DNA of 64,000 nucleotides from an uncultured Candidatus Saccharibacteria bacterium (GTDB lineage Bacteria; Patescibacteriota; Saccharimonadia; Saccharimonadales; AWTP1-31): NCBI GenBank assembly GCA_964643545.1, contig CAZXTE010000001.1, positions 19,101 to 83,100 of the forward strand, read 5' to 3'. Shown piece by piece: positions 40,801 to 49,500 of this stretch (position 1 is its first letter; each line of letters starts with the position of its first letter). The notes under the pieces were generated by a model. It saw only the letters and a program-made list of their open reading frames with translations, ran no database searches and was not told where the DNA came from. The position numbers and the translations under genes were made by a program.

Positions 40801-41575
40801 CACCTGCTGCCTTCCACATACCCTGGTTTGGGTCTTTTCGCCAGCCTTCTACGTCAAGGTTACTCACTTTGTCATTGACCTTAATCTTGTAGTCGCTTGC
40901 CCCGCCACTAAAACCATCCCGGGTTATTTCTATGCCGTATTTCTCGGATAGTTTATTCTCGAGGCGTGCATCGCGCCAACCCCTAAACAAGCGGGCAGCC
41001 GGCGAATCGCCTTCTAGATTGGCAATACAATTTTTGTCTATTGTCCCAGACGAACGACTACAGGTTCCCTTGCCTAGGTTTGGGATCACCTTATCTCGGA
41101 GGTACTTGTCTAGTAGCCTTTCTGCTCTCGTTTGCACAGCACTCTCCGAGCTGGCAAAAAAGCGACTCTGCAAATTTTCCATGATGTGGTTAATCTTCAA
41201 GGGCAAAAACGCCATGAATGCGGCCAGAATCAAACCGCCAATGCCACCCCCAATAAGCCCAGCACCAATCAATTTCTTTTTTTTGCCGCCCGTGGCACCT
41301 GCTAAAAATTTCTTAAGGCTTTGAAGGTCTTTTACATCCTCAGTATTGTAGCCGCTCCCAACCCTATCGCCGAGCGCATCTGCTTCTCTTGATGCGGCTC
41401 CGCCAACACCATCCGCTGCCTCTCCCTGAGCCTCTTGCTCTGAGATATTTGGTGTTTCTGTCGAAGCGTCACCACTGGCCTCGTTTGTTAGTTTGGGGTC
41501 CTCATCTCCGCCCCCCACACTTCCTGATGCTCTTCGAGGCGAGTCATCGTCATATATTTTTGATGGTTCACCCAT
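37829..41575 (-). CDS. 1248-aa membrane-anchored protein: acidic cytoplasmic N-tail, one TM, ~750-aa unknown ectodomain, SGNH/GDSL hydrolase, C-terminal VanY/LAS-type D,D- or L,D-carboxypeptidase
   Basis: TM is LIGAGLIGGGIGGLILAAFMAFL. GDSL block is VYVVGDSLTNGM. LAS metallopeptidase motifs are SRHQSGDAVDF (H-x6-D) and the terminal EPWHW. Confidence 0.7.
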   Translation of the reverse strand: MGEPSKIYDDDSPRRASGSVGGGDEDPKLTNEASGDASTETPNISEQEAQGEAADGVGGAASREADALGDRVGSGYNTEDVKDLQSLKKFLAGATGGKKKKLIGAGLIGGGIGGLILAAFMAFLPLKINHIMENLQSRFFASSESAVQTRAERLLDKYLRDKVIPNLGKGTCSRSSGTIDKNCIANLEGDSPAARLFRGWRDARLENKLSEKYGIEITRDGFSGGASDYKIKVNDKVSNLDVEGWRKDPNQGMWKAAGGRNDVRIKVRESFKEETLWKRVMYRFKVGRLLEEKYGIRRCVFACKSKDRIDDWKDKKKGAFRLVINRRVIIPYTQHLGFVLECIIDPACDSDKASKGEADNDGVRRDKIEKQIREALEKSGKEFTEETVEKIVEKTIKLADKSLTAFIVEEVVAKIAGEAAGSAASKGLPVIGWIDLAARITAKAKSAGPALKRWKYEIIGTQMVATYMLYRTTADECKGMHCNVELLGSMTNGVGDSAGDKDHKNQPAELAPLYGDILGEPIQKSSFLDVLSPQKAYAAETGSTASEPKYTCDDKNKPDTGKLICPEESLLTNGVIQKISDIFNQPPLSLLGQTADAWNATIGQILNLINKLIDLGVGAVEAAISKIFPQYADLKKMIEEQIGKIFETIAKWLIPSPVSADMSGARTFDMLAGGADVAGNNDAHYGLGGIRLTDAQVAEIRADQENQRNEEFQRQPFFARMFSTESPKSLVSQMAMATPSSVTRTANTGVTGLLANPFTSLSKSFGSLLATKKTFAADAKPDPFGVVQYGFPKNSSALDVDPDTLTDAVCEKMDKDWANGRGEFAGTLIEDKETGTDVHTKENPCLLNKKAVAAAGGRYTTDVLDPEDYESETTSGGGGSNSGGGNNAVYVVGDSLTNGMKDLGSLTNKLQTAGWEVTKVQATDGIDVDRSLEKIDLDRNEVSRAGTIAVMLGTNPGPDSPQFASKIKLMVDKIHEYNPSAKIFWMNAKTQISNYDAVAAAVSSQAAALKYTPIDWRAEVAKNPAKYPFAPDKIHHTAAGYLAKSDFLVASLGPPPASTGGTGDGTCASGTKNVGLADGYEGGVLKKITLCAILGFPSSSEESNPRSQYYVNGADGNVLVAADKSNDWVNMFNAMKSDGVSPKASSSFRTMKHQQELCAKDDKCPNGVYSDVAKPGTSRHQSGDAVDFALTRVGHPEEFGTKNGGKASPSNPRVAPGMPMWDWLIDNAGKYNLKQYWNEPWHWSHTGS

Positions 41576-41601
41576 GGTTGTTTATACGGCTCCGACCATA
41601 G

Positions 41602-43515
41602 TTAAACTCCAGGCGTCAATCTATTGTTAAGGTCAATGGTGCCTTGTGGCTGATTGATTTCGCCCTGTCTCATTTGTTGAACCTGCTGCGGATTCGTTGT
41701 GATAAGCCCGGTTTCTGTAGGGCTGGCTGTAATCTGGATATGAACGTGGCTTTGCCCAGCGAAGAACAGGCCCTGGCCAACAGGAAATTGACTGAGGCGC
41801 TTCTTCTCCTCGCTGGTAAGCTTGAATATATCAGCCAATACATCAACGGCAGACGTCGACTGCTTCAGCAGTATCTGCATGCTTGCGTTGGCAACGATCG
41901 CGCGACCCATGCGTGATCCCATAAAGTCCTCCACATCCTGGCTAATGGTGGTAATGCCGAGGTTGTACTTTCGAGCACGTTTTGCAAGCGAAAACAAGAA
42001 GTTAGCAGAGTCTTCGTACTTCATAAGCTGCCAAGCTTCATCGACAATCAGAATGCGACGTTTTACGTCACTCTTCGTTTTGTTCCAGATGTAGTTCAGT
42101 ACAATGTACATAGCAACGGGGCGTAATTCGTCCTCGAGGTCACGTATGTTAAACACAACCAGGGGATTATTGACGTTAGTATTCGATTGCTGACTAAAAA
42201 TGCCCGCAAATGTACCGGTGGTATATTTTCTTAGACGCTGTGCGAGCTGTGGTCCTGTGCCGCCCATATGTAGCAGCGTGTCGTACAGATCGGCAATTGT
42301 TGGCGGAACCCCATTGTGCGTGAGTGGATCGTTGGTTATGCCGGCCTTGGCATATGTTTCGATGAGTGCTGCGTCGAGGTCGGATTCTTCTACGGGGGAT
42401 AAAGCAGGAACAGCGGCTACACCGCCACTTGCTGCCATTTGTGCTTGTGCGCCACCCATCATCAGTCGGAAGAGCCCGTGCAAAGTAATAATATTACTAC
42501 GCAAGGCGTTGTCGGCTTCTTCGGCATCTACAACCTTCGGAAGGTCAAAGGGGTTAATGCGTGTTGCTGAGCTCAAACTTAGTCGTACATATGCACCACC
42601 GACTGCATCACACATTCGCTGGTATTCGTTTTCTGGGTCAATAATAAAGATTTCGGTGCCGAACATAAGACTACGCAACGCTTCTAGCTTAACGGTAAAC
42701 GACTTACCAGCACCCGACTTGGCAAAGACAACTGAGTTGCCATTTTCTAGGCTAAACCGATCAAATATAACAAGACCAGAGTTGTGCATGTTGATGCCGT
42801 ACAATATGCCATTCTCTTGGCTCAGGTCGGCCGAAGTAAACGGGAAGCTCGTGCTAATCGCGCCCGTGTTCATATTGCGACGAATCTGAAGCTGGTCCAT
42901 AAATTGCGGTATGCAACTATTAAAGCCCTGCTCTTGCTGTGAGGTAGCTGCTTTGGAGTAGGTTAGCTGTTGGCCCAGCATAGACTCGATCTTGTGGGTT
43001 ACAAACTCCAGTTCGTCCATGTCGCCTGCGTAGACAGTAAAATATAATCCAAAACGGAAGAAACGTTCCTCGCCAACCTGTAACTTATCGCGCATTTCCT
43101 CAGCATCTGTAATGGCGGCCTGCTTGCCTGGGTCTCGCACGCGTCCCTTCTCTGCGTCAATCTGTAGACCGGCCTCTAACTGCGTTACTTTTTTGCGCAA
43201 GTTCTCCAAAACCACTTGGCTTTCCACGGGGTATATATACATAGAAAGATCCATAACCTCGTCGATGTTTACCAGGCTACTTGCCCAGCCTGTAAAAACC
43301 TGGCGGGGGTATCCGTAGACATAAAATGTTCTGGCTATCCTGGTCCCAATATGGAACAGACTATTCTCGAACACAAGTGAACTGGGGGCGATAAAGTCAC
43401 GAAGTGCAGTGATGCCCTTTTGGAACGCTGCGCTTACCTCTTGCTCTTCTCGTGCTCGTTGCGCTTGTGCGATTGCAACCGGGTCAACGGGTTGGTTCTT
43501 TCTGCCAAAAGCCAT
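41602..43515 (-). CDS. virB4: VirB4-family type IV secretion ATPase
   Basis: 637 aa. Walker A FAKSGAGKSF and Walker B RILIVDEAWQL. Monoderm-type VirB4 N-domain (..FHIGTRIARTFYVYGYPRQV..). Confidence 0.85.
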   Translation of the reverse strand: MAFGRKNQPVDPVAIAQAQRAREEQEVSAAFQKGITALRDFIAPSSLVFENSLFHIGTRIARTFYVYGYPRQVFTGWASSLVNIDEVMDLSMYIYPVESQVVLENLRKKVTQLEAGLQIDAEKGRVRDPGKQAAITDAEEMRDKLQVGEERFFRFGLYFTVYAGDMDELEFVTHKIESMLGQQLTYSKAATSQQEQGFNSCIPQFMDQLQIRRNMNTGAISTSFPFTSADLSQENGILYGINMHNSGLVIFDRFSLENGNSVVFAKSGAGKSFTVKLEALRSLMFGTEIFIIDPENEYQRMCDAVGGAYVRLSLSSATRINPFDLPKVVDAEEADNALRSNIITLHGLFRLMMGGAQAQMAASGGVAAVPALSPVEESDLDAALIETYAKAGITNDPLTHNGVPPTIADLYDTLLHMGGTGPQLAQRLRKYTTGTFAGIFSQQSNTNVNNPLVVFNIRDLEDELRPVAMYIVLNYIWNKTKSDVKRRILIVDEAWQLMKYEDSANFLFSLAKRARKYNLGITTISQDVEDFMGSRMGRAIVANASMQILLKQSTSAVDVLADIFKLTSEEKKRLSQFPVGQGLFFAGQSHVHIQITASPTETGLITTNPQQVQQMRQGEINQPQGTIDLNNRLTPGV

Positions 43516-44387
43516 TACAGTAGCTCCCTGTCTAAGTTTGGTTGTGGAGCCTGTCCTTGCCCTCTTGTGACAACAGGTGTTGAAAGATCACCGAAGTTAC
43601 GAAGTTGCTGCCTTGTTGCAGTATCTGGGTTGTAGGCATCGTAGTAGAGCTCGATAAGTTCCTGGGTATCGAGTGGTAACCCTTGGATGCCGCACTGCAT
43701 CAATCCAGAGAGTACAGCTTGTACGCGGTTTCTCAGCTCGTCTTTTGCCTTGGCGAGATCAGTCTCATTGATAACCACTTGCTTCTCAGGCTTCTTGCTG
43801 AACAGTGCCCCAATGCCACCAACAAGTTTCTTGCTTTCATCCAGTGTTTTCTGCAGGTCTGCTACGGGGAAATAGGGTATGACCACGTAAAAACGTTTAT
43901 CCATAATGTTGGTTTGTTGGCTCAACTGATCCATGAAATTTATGTAATCGTCCATGAGTAGCGCCAACAGCATGTTGTCGTGCTCGCTACGAATTTTGAC
44001 AAGCTTATCCAAGTAAGGTCCAAGGTCTACCTTCTCGGAACGGATCATAATTTGTATAGGGAAATAGAGAGAATTTAGAAAACCCTGGTAGCTAAACTCA
44101 ACAGCCTCTCGTTCTTGCGGGCTCATTAGGTCAAAGTTAATAGATTTTGTCATGATGACGGAACGGAAAGAGCCATCGTTCATGATCACAATACCATCTC
44201 GGATTTCCGCTATTTGCAGGGCATTTTGTGTGCTGTTTGGGTTTGATGGTGGTGCAAGAGGTTGTGGTTTGGCCCCAGCGGTACGAGGTGCATTAAAGCT
44301 AGCAGGTGGCGGTCCAGCGGGGGTTGGGTATGCCATCCCGGGCTGGTTTTGTACGGGGTTCATCTGAGGATTTGATGCCGGATTCAT
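43515..44387 (-). CDS. VirB4 N-terminal-domain-like protein lacking an ATPase domain (Pro-rich N-terminus)
   Basis: 290 aa. IAEIRDGIVIMNDGSFRSVIMTKSINFDLMSPQEREAVEFSYQGFLNSLYFPIQIMIRSEKVDL matches the N-domain pattern of monoderm VirB4 proteins. No Walker motifs. TAATG overlap with virB4. Confidence 0.5.
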   Translation of the reverse strand: MNPASNPQMNPVQNQPGMAYPTPAGPPPASFNAPRTAGAKPQPLAPPSNPNSTQNALQIAEIRDGIVIMNDGSFRSVIMTKSINFDLMSPQEREAVEFSYQGFLNSLYFPIQIMIRSEKVDLGPYLDKLVKIRSEHDNMLLALLMDDYINFMDQLSQQTNIMDKRFYVVIPYFPVADLQKTLDESKKLVGGIGALFSKKPEKQVVINETDLAKAKDELRNRVQAVLSGLMQCGIQGLPLDTQELIELYYDAYNPDTATRQQLRNFGDLSTPVVTRGQGQAPQPNLDRELL

Positions 44388-44427
44388 GCTACCTGTCTAC
44401 CCACTCCCTTGGTGCTCAATTGATAAT

Positions 44428-45471
44428 TTAACGCAGCGATATTATTACTTCACCATCGTCAGTCTTTGATTGACTGGGGTGGTTCTTCTCTGCCTCTCGT
44501 GCCAAACTATCAATCGGGCGATTATTCTCGATTGCTAGGTTCAGTATATCAGGCGCAGGTGCTGCTGTCACCCCTGGTGATTTTGGTTGTGCTTGCGGGG
44601 GCTGACTCGAAAGCGGCTGGAGCTTTCTGTGGTTACGAAACGACTCATCTGGGTGGCTTTTTTGCTCGTGTATCTTGTTTAGTAGCGCCTGCTCATTTGC
44701 GTCTGGTATTGCTGGCTTGGCAAAAGTCGGAGCAGGTGTTGACCCTCCCTGTGATTGCACGAACCAGCCTCCTGGGGGTGCGATATTGGTGCTCGGTGCT
44801 TGTTGCTCCCGAGCAACTTCACGCATGTGAGAGACTGCCTCTTGTTGGTGCACTTCCTTCGACTGGGCAATTTGGGCATCGAGCCGAGCGGCCGTTTGAT
44901 TATCAAAAATATCATCCTCTGCTCGAACATCTATGGTCGAGACCTGCTTTGGCAATTCCTCGACCGCTACAAGCCTGTCCGAGCTTGGCGCCATAGCTAA
45001 CGAACCGTAAGAGGGCTGTGCAAATAAGTTCACGTCCACGTTCTTAATAACCCAACCACGGCTGTCTATGGTTGTTGCCAGCGCCTTAAGGCGGCTTTTG
45101 ACTTCGTTCTGGCTAAGGTTATCAGAGAAGTTCTGTTCAATATGTTTTGGAACAGTTATCTTGACCAGTTCCTTCATGCCCGACTGGTCCCAAATGCGTT
45201 TACGTGGCTTAAAGTAAAAACGGAGCTTAGCGAGGAGCCATACCTCAGTGGGCTGATCTCGACCCCACGGGAACGCCAAAAACCCAAAGACAATCTCTAT
45301 AGGCAACAAAATAACCGCCACAAACCATACATTGTGTGTAAGGCCCAAGAAACTTATGTAAAGACTGGTTACAACAATCGCCCCAAAGATAAATTGTTTC
45401 AGCGTTAAGGGGCCAAGGAACTTATCCTCTGCCTCAATATCCTGGAGAACTTTATACGTAGCCACTAGCAT
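44428..45471 (-). CDS. PrgI/VirB3-like membrane protein with long Q/P-rich C-terminal extension
   Basis: N-terminus ..EDKFLGPLTLKQFIFGAIVVTSLYISFLG.. plus a second TM (a hairpin as in the PrgI family). It sits upstream of the VirB4 genes, as VirB3 usually does. Confidence 0.5.
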   Translation of the reverse strand: MLVATYKVLQDIEAEDKFLGPLTLKQFIFGAIVVTSLYISFLGLTHNVWFVAVILLPIEIVFGFLAFPWGRDQPTEVWLLAKLRFYFKPRKRIWDQSGMKELVKITVPKHIEQNFSDNLSQNEVKSRLKALATTIDSRGWVIKNVDVNLFAQPSYGSLAMAPSSDRLVAVEELPKQVSTIDVRAEDDIFDNQTAARLDAQIAQSKEVHQQEAVSHMREVAREQQAPSTNIAPPGGWFVQSQGGSTPAPTFAKPAIPDANEQALLNKIHEQKSHPDESFRNHRKLQPLSSQPPQAQPKSPGVTAAPAPDILNLAIENNRPIDSLAREAEKNHPSQSKTDDGEVIISLR

Positions 45472-45523
45472 TTAGTATCTGATATTCATCAGAAGCATGC
45501 AAGTTTTATAGAGGAAACTTGTA

Positions 45524-46459
45524 CTAAAGAGCTGGAGGTCCGGCAGGTGGTGCTGGAGGTGCAGCGGGCGGAGGCGGCAGTGCAGCTATGCGGGCAGCCT
45601 CTGCCGTAGCAGCTGCCTGGGCATCCAGATTGGCAGTTGCAAGTGCGGCAGTAGTTTGTATCTCGTTTAAGACCGCCCGCTCTGCATCGTATCTACCGAC
45701 GGCTGCATCAAGCAGGTTCACTCTCGTTTCTTTGGGGGTAGAAGCGCGTTTGTATTGAGGGCTAAATTCACCCAGAATTTTAAAAGCATCAAATCCACCA
45801 CCCTCCTTGTCGGGTCGCCTAGGGCGTTCCCGGGCAATGGGCATGTTGCTCTCGAATGGACCAAGGTCAGGCGTTGGGGAATAGGAGGTATCCTCTCCTA
45901 GGAGTGCTGGCCCCCGTGATGGAACGTGGCCTTCAAAGAATTCAAGCCCTGTCCCCACAATCCTACCAAGCGCTCCTGGATCGTCAGAGACGTGTTTTCT
46001 GCGACCCGTTGGGATGACTTCACGCCTAATGCTAAACACGGCAAATATTGGAGAGCCGCCGTCTCGGGCAACTTCCACCGGTGTGCTATAGGTTGTTTCA
46101 ACGCGTCCTATCGGCTGCTCTTCTCGCGAAATTCTGCCAGGTATGCGACTTCGCCGGTCTATACCAGGCCCTCTTGTTCGCAGGGCGTTTTGTCGCATGC
46201 GATCGGGCTCGCTTCTTTGGGTACGCTCTGCATCAACACCAATTCGCTGGATTAAGTCATCAACGTCTGCGGCTACTCGCTCTTGTTCTCCGTAGAATTC
46301 AAGCACAGCTTCCGCACCCCTGTGAATGTCCTGTGTTGCCTCAACGTGCGCTTCCCTTGTAGCCTCTTCATCATCACGTCGATCGTGTCTGGCCGTCTGT
46401 AATCTACGACGGAGGTCTTCTTGGTAGGCTGCTTGTTCTGGGCTAGGGATATCGCTCAT
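45524..46459 (-). CDS. soluble Arg/Asp/Glu-rich protein with Ala/Pro-rich C-terminus, unknown function
   Basis: No TM or signal peptide. The start is taken at MSDIPSPEQ (ATG 46459). The tail is ..AATAEAARIAALPPPPAAPPAPPAGPPAL. Confidence 0.55.
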   Translation of the reverse strand: MSDIPSPEQAAYQEDLRRRLQTARHDRRDDEEATREAHVEATQDIHRGAEAVLEFYGEQERVAADVDDLIQRIGVDAERTQRSEPDRMRQNALRTRGPGIDRRSRIPGRISREEQPIGRVETTYSTPVEVARDGGSPIFAVFSIRREVIPTGRRKHVSDDPGALGRIVGTGLEFFEGHVPSRGPALLGEDTSYSPTPDLGPFESNMPIARERPRRPDKEGGGFDAFKILGEFSPQYKRASTPKETRVNLLDAAVGRYDAERAVLNEIQTTAALATANLDAQAAATAEAARIAALPPPPAAPPAPPAGPPAL

Positions 46460-46547
46460 AGTGTATTTTTGTTTTAATAGTGAGTAACAAATCAACAGTA
46501 CACTATTTTGGTTAATAAGTCAACAAGGTTGTGTAAAGTCATCTATA

Positions 46548-49500
46548 CTATTGGCGCTTGGTGGGGTCGTTGCCAACATCTATTGGGATATCCTCTCCAG
46601 GAAGTGGGGTACCGGACCGTCCCGCTGGACCACCCGGTACAGTTGAGCGTGTTGGAGTACCGGCTATGGGGTCTGCTCTGCCTGTGGTGCCTACCTCGCG
46701 GCTCCACTCGACGGGGTCAGTTGCGGCGTGCCCTGTAGCTGGGTCGATCCTAGAACTAGTTTCAAATAATGCGTAAAAGTTCTCCATTTCTTCTTTGGTG
46801 CGTCCGCTAGCACCACCACCAACTTGGGTGATCATTCTTCCAGTTGGGGTACCGCTTGCCGTCATTTCCGGTACTGTCTGGCCGATGCTGCGTGCAATTC
46901 GAGCACCACGTTGGATAACTTCATTTGCGGCTGCCTGTTCATCGGCTGTTGCAGCTGGGTTAGCGAGTGTGGTACGAGCACGAACGACTTCTTCTGACAT
47001 TGTAGTCCAGGTGTCCGGATGCTGTTGTGTCATCTGGTATGTGCCTTGGCGTTCATCGATCTCTTGCATAAGGGCTGTGGCATTCATGGTTAGTCCATTC
47101 TCGCCGTATTGGTAATGCTTCCACTCGCGGTCGGTATTCTGGTTGGCGAAGGCCGCACCCGTCCATATGCCACCCATTTGGCCTGTAGTAGCATTTTCGG
47201 CAGCACCACCACGTGTTGCTAGGCGACCAACGTTCTGGTACAGGTAATCATGTTGTTCTTGGGTGGTGGCTTTGCGCATTTCGTAACTAAGAGCGTACTG
47301 TGCAGCATCTTGGTCCCCACGCCAGCGATTGTGTGCCGCATCCACGGCACTTTCGTCGACCCATTTCCCACCAAGTGTTTTATATTGACGTGTATTATTG
47401 TGGATTCGAACATGACCATTCCCGTCCGGGTCGTAGAGGTTGCCGGCTATAGCATCGGCCTCCGCCTTGTTTACAGTCAGTGCTCGTACCTCAGTATCAT
47501 CCCCGGTAGAGGTCAGCTGCTCCATTCGTTTTTGTGTTTCGCCACGCATTGCTGTAATACCCTCCTCGAGGTTATAGCCACCAACACGCCCCTGCAAGAA
47601 TCGCGCGCTTCTGCCAAACCGACCGCCCCTGCTGGCGTAGGTGCCAAGGGCACGGTATTGACGATCTCGTGCTGTTAGCATGCGGCGCTGCACATCTTGT
47701 TTGGCCTGTTCTTTGCGACTTTTGGTGAGCCCTCCAACCTTTGCGGTGCCCCCAGCAACGGCTGCATAGAGTTTGCCCATGGCTCCCCCGGCAAACTTGA
47801 AAGCAAAAGGAATCAGGAATAATGGGATAATTTGCAGCGAGAATGCGATGAGACCCGCAAGTCCCGCGGAAACAGGGTTGGGACTTCCGGAAGTCCCTAC
47901 GGCGTCATTTGCTACGAGTATTGTTGCGCTCAATATGCTGGCAGTCGAGAATATAACAACAACAATTGGGAACACTAGTAATGTCTCGAATAATAAGTTC
48001 CACCACTTTTTAAAATATTGTTCGGTATTTGGGAGGCAGTACAAAGCAAATGCAACGGGGCTGACCATAATGAGGGCTAATATAATGCCGCGCCGAATAA
48101 CGAGCGTTGCAAAGACCGCAAGGATGGCTAACATTGCCGGAACGACAATGCCGATAAGAATAAAAACTGCCGCCTTCCCCAGGAACCCTGCCGTTAAAAA
48201 CCCACCCAGGAACCCTGCAATACCTGCAGCCCCAAGAAACAATGCGAGAACAGTAGTTAGTACTGCGCCAAGTTGCGCCCCTGGGCTGGGAGCTGCATGA
48301 AGCAAATCGGCCACTGGGGCCATCATGAGCTGGGCAATTCCCTTGCCAAGAACGTTGGTGATGTCCACGAGCAAAGCCACAATGTAGACAGATAAGTTTA
48401 TGAGTATGGCCGCTATTAATATGCGTGGCATCACTTTCTTGGCTGTATACGCATCGATAATGCCTCCACCGATAGTTTGCCCAAAAACAATGACCAGCAT
48501 GGCTATGATGAGGAATATATTGCCATAAACGCGAAATGCCGACCACGCCTTGAAGCTCGGGTCTGATGGGTCGGTAGAAACAGGGCTGGTATATAAAAGA
48601 GGGGATACAAGATTCTTAAAAAGCCAGTCAGTTGTTTCGGCAAACATATTAAAGACAGGGCAAAGTATCCAGTTTAGGCTAAAACCAGATGCTTCGCAGG
48701 TGGCGTTTGTGTCGTCCGATGTGCCGTCCGTGTTCCCACCCCCAGACGGGTTACTGCCCCCACTATTATCTCCCTGATTTCCTTTAGAATCTTCAATTTG
48801 TTTCTGGTAATCGCCATCAAGATCCTTCATGAGCTTAGATAGGTCTGGGGTAAAGCCGTCATCTTCCAAAATATGGAAACATTTTTTATTCTTGTCGCCG
48901 CCACACTGCTGAGAGTTACTGTTCGTATCTAGATTATAGACGAGACTACTCCCGACCATCTGCACTGCGTAATTATCTGCCGTGATTGCGGCACTGGACC
49001 ATGTTACGTCATCTTGGTCTACTTCAAAGTCTTGATTGATGGTGAGTGCAATTGTTATCTCTTTGCCATCCTTGTCCTTTATGACGGATGCTGCACCACT
49101 ATTGTTGTTGCCAGGCAGCTTAATGAGACGAAAGCGAAAATTACCCGACTTTTTTAGAAAGGCGAGCTTGTCTGCCTGGGCACTAGCTTGTATGTAGTCT
49201 TTATCGCCAGCTTTAATTTTAAAGTGGACGCTTACTTTTCTTTGATTAAGTGGGCTGATATCGATACGTGACGTACATGTCTTGTCTCGATACGATTTGT
49301 CGGCAAACTTTTGGTGTTCCTCCCAGACCCCTGAGCTCTTAAGCTTTGAGTAGAGCTTTTCGGCTTGATCTGCATAAAACCTCTTGGTGCTCGCGTCGCC
49401 GCCATTACGAATGTCCCACAAGTGGTCCTGATCTTTGGGGTTGCCTTTCTGGTAGGTAAATGTGCCAGGAAAGCACAGGTCCATGGTAAGCCGTGCATCT

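Noticed and set aside
42200-42889. A 229-aa plus-strand ORF antisense to virB4. Similar long antisense ORFs occur at 35536-36018, 40194-40577, 44466-44996, 47773-48300 and 48010-48546.
   Set aside because: They lie wholly inside well-supported genes in the GC-richer region. Their composition is low-complexity and rich in Ser/Ala/Arg/Pro, which is typical of shadow frames. They have no RBS or motifs.
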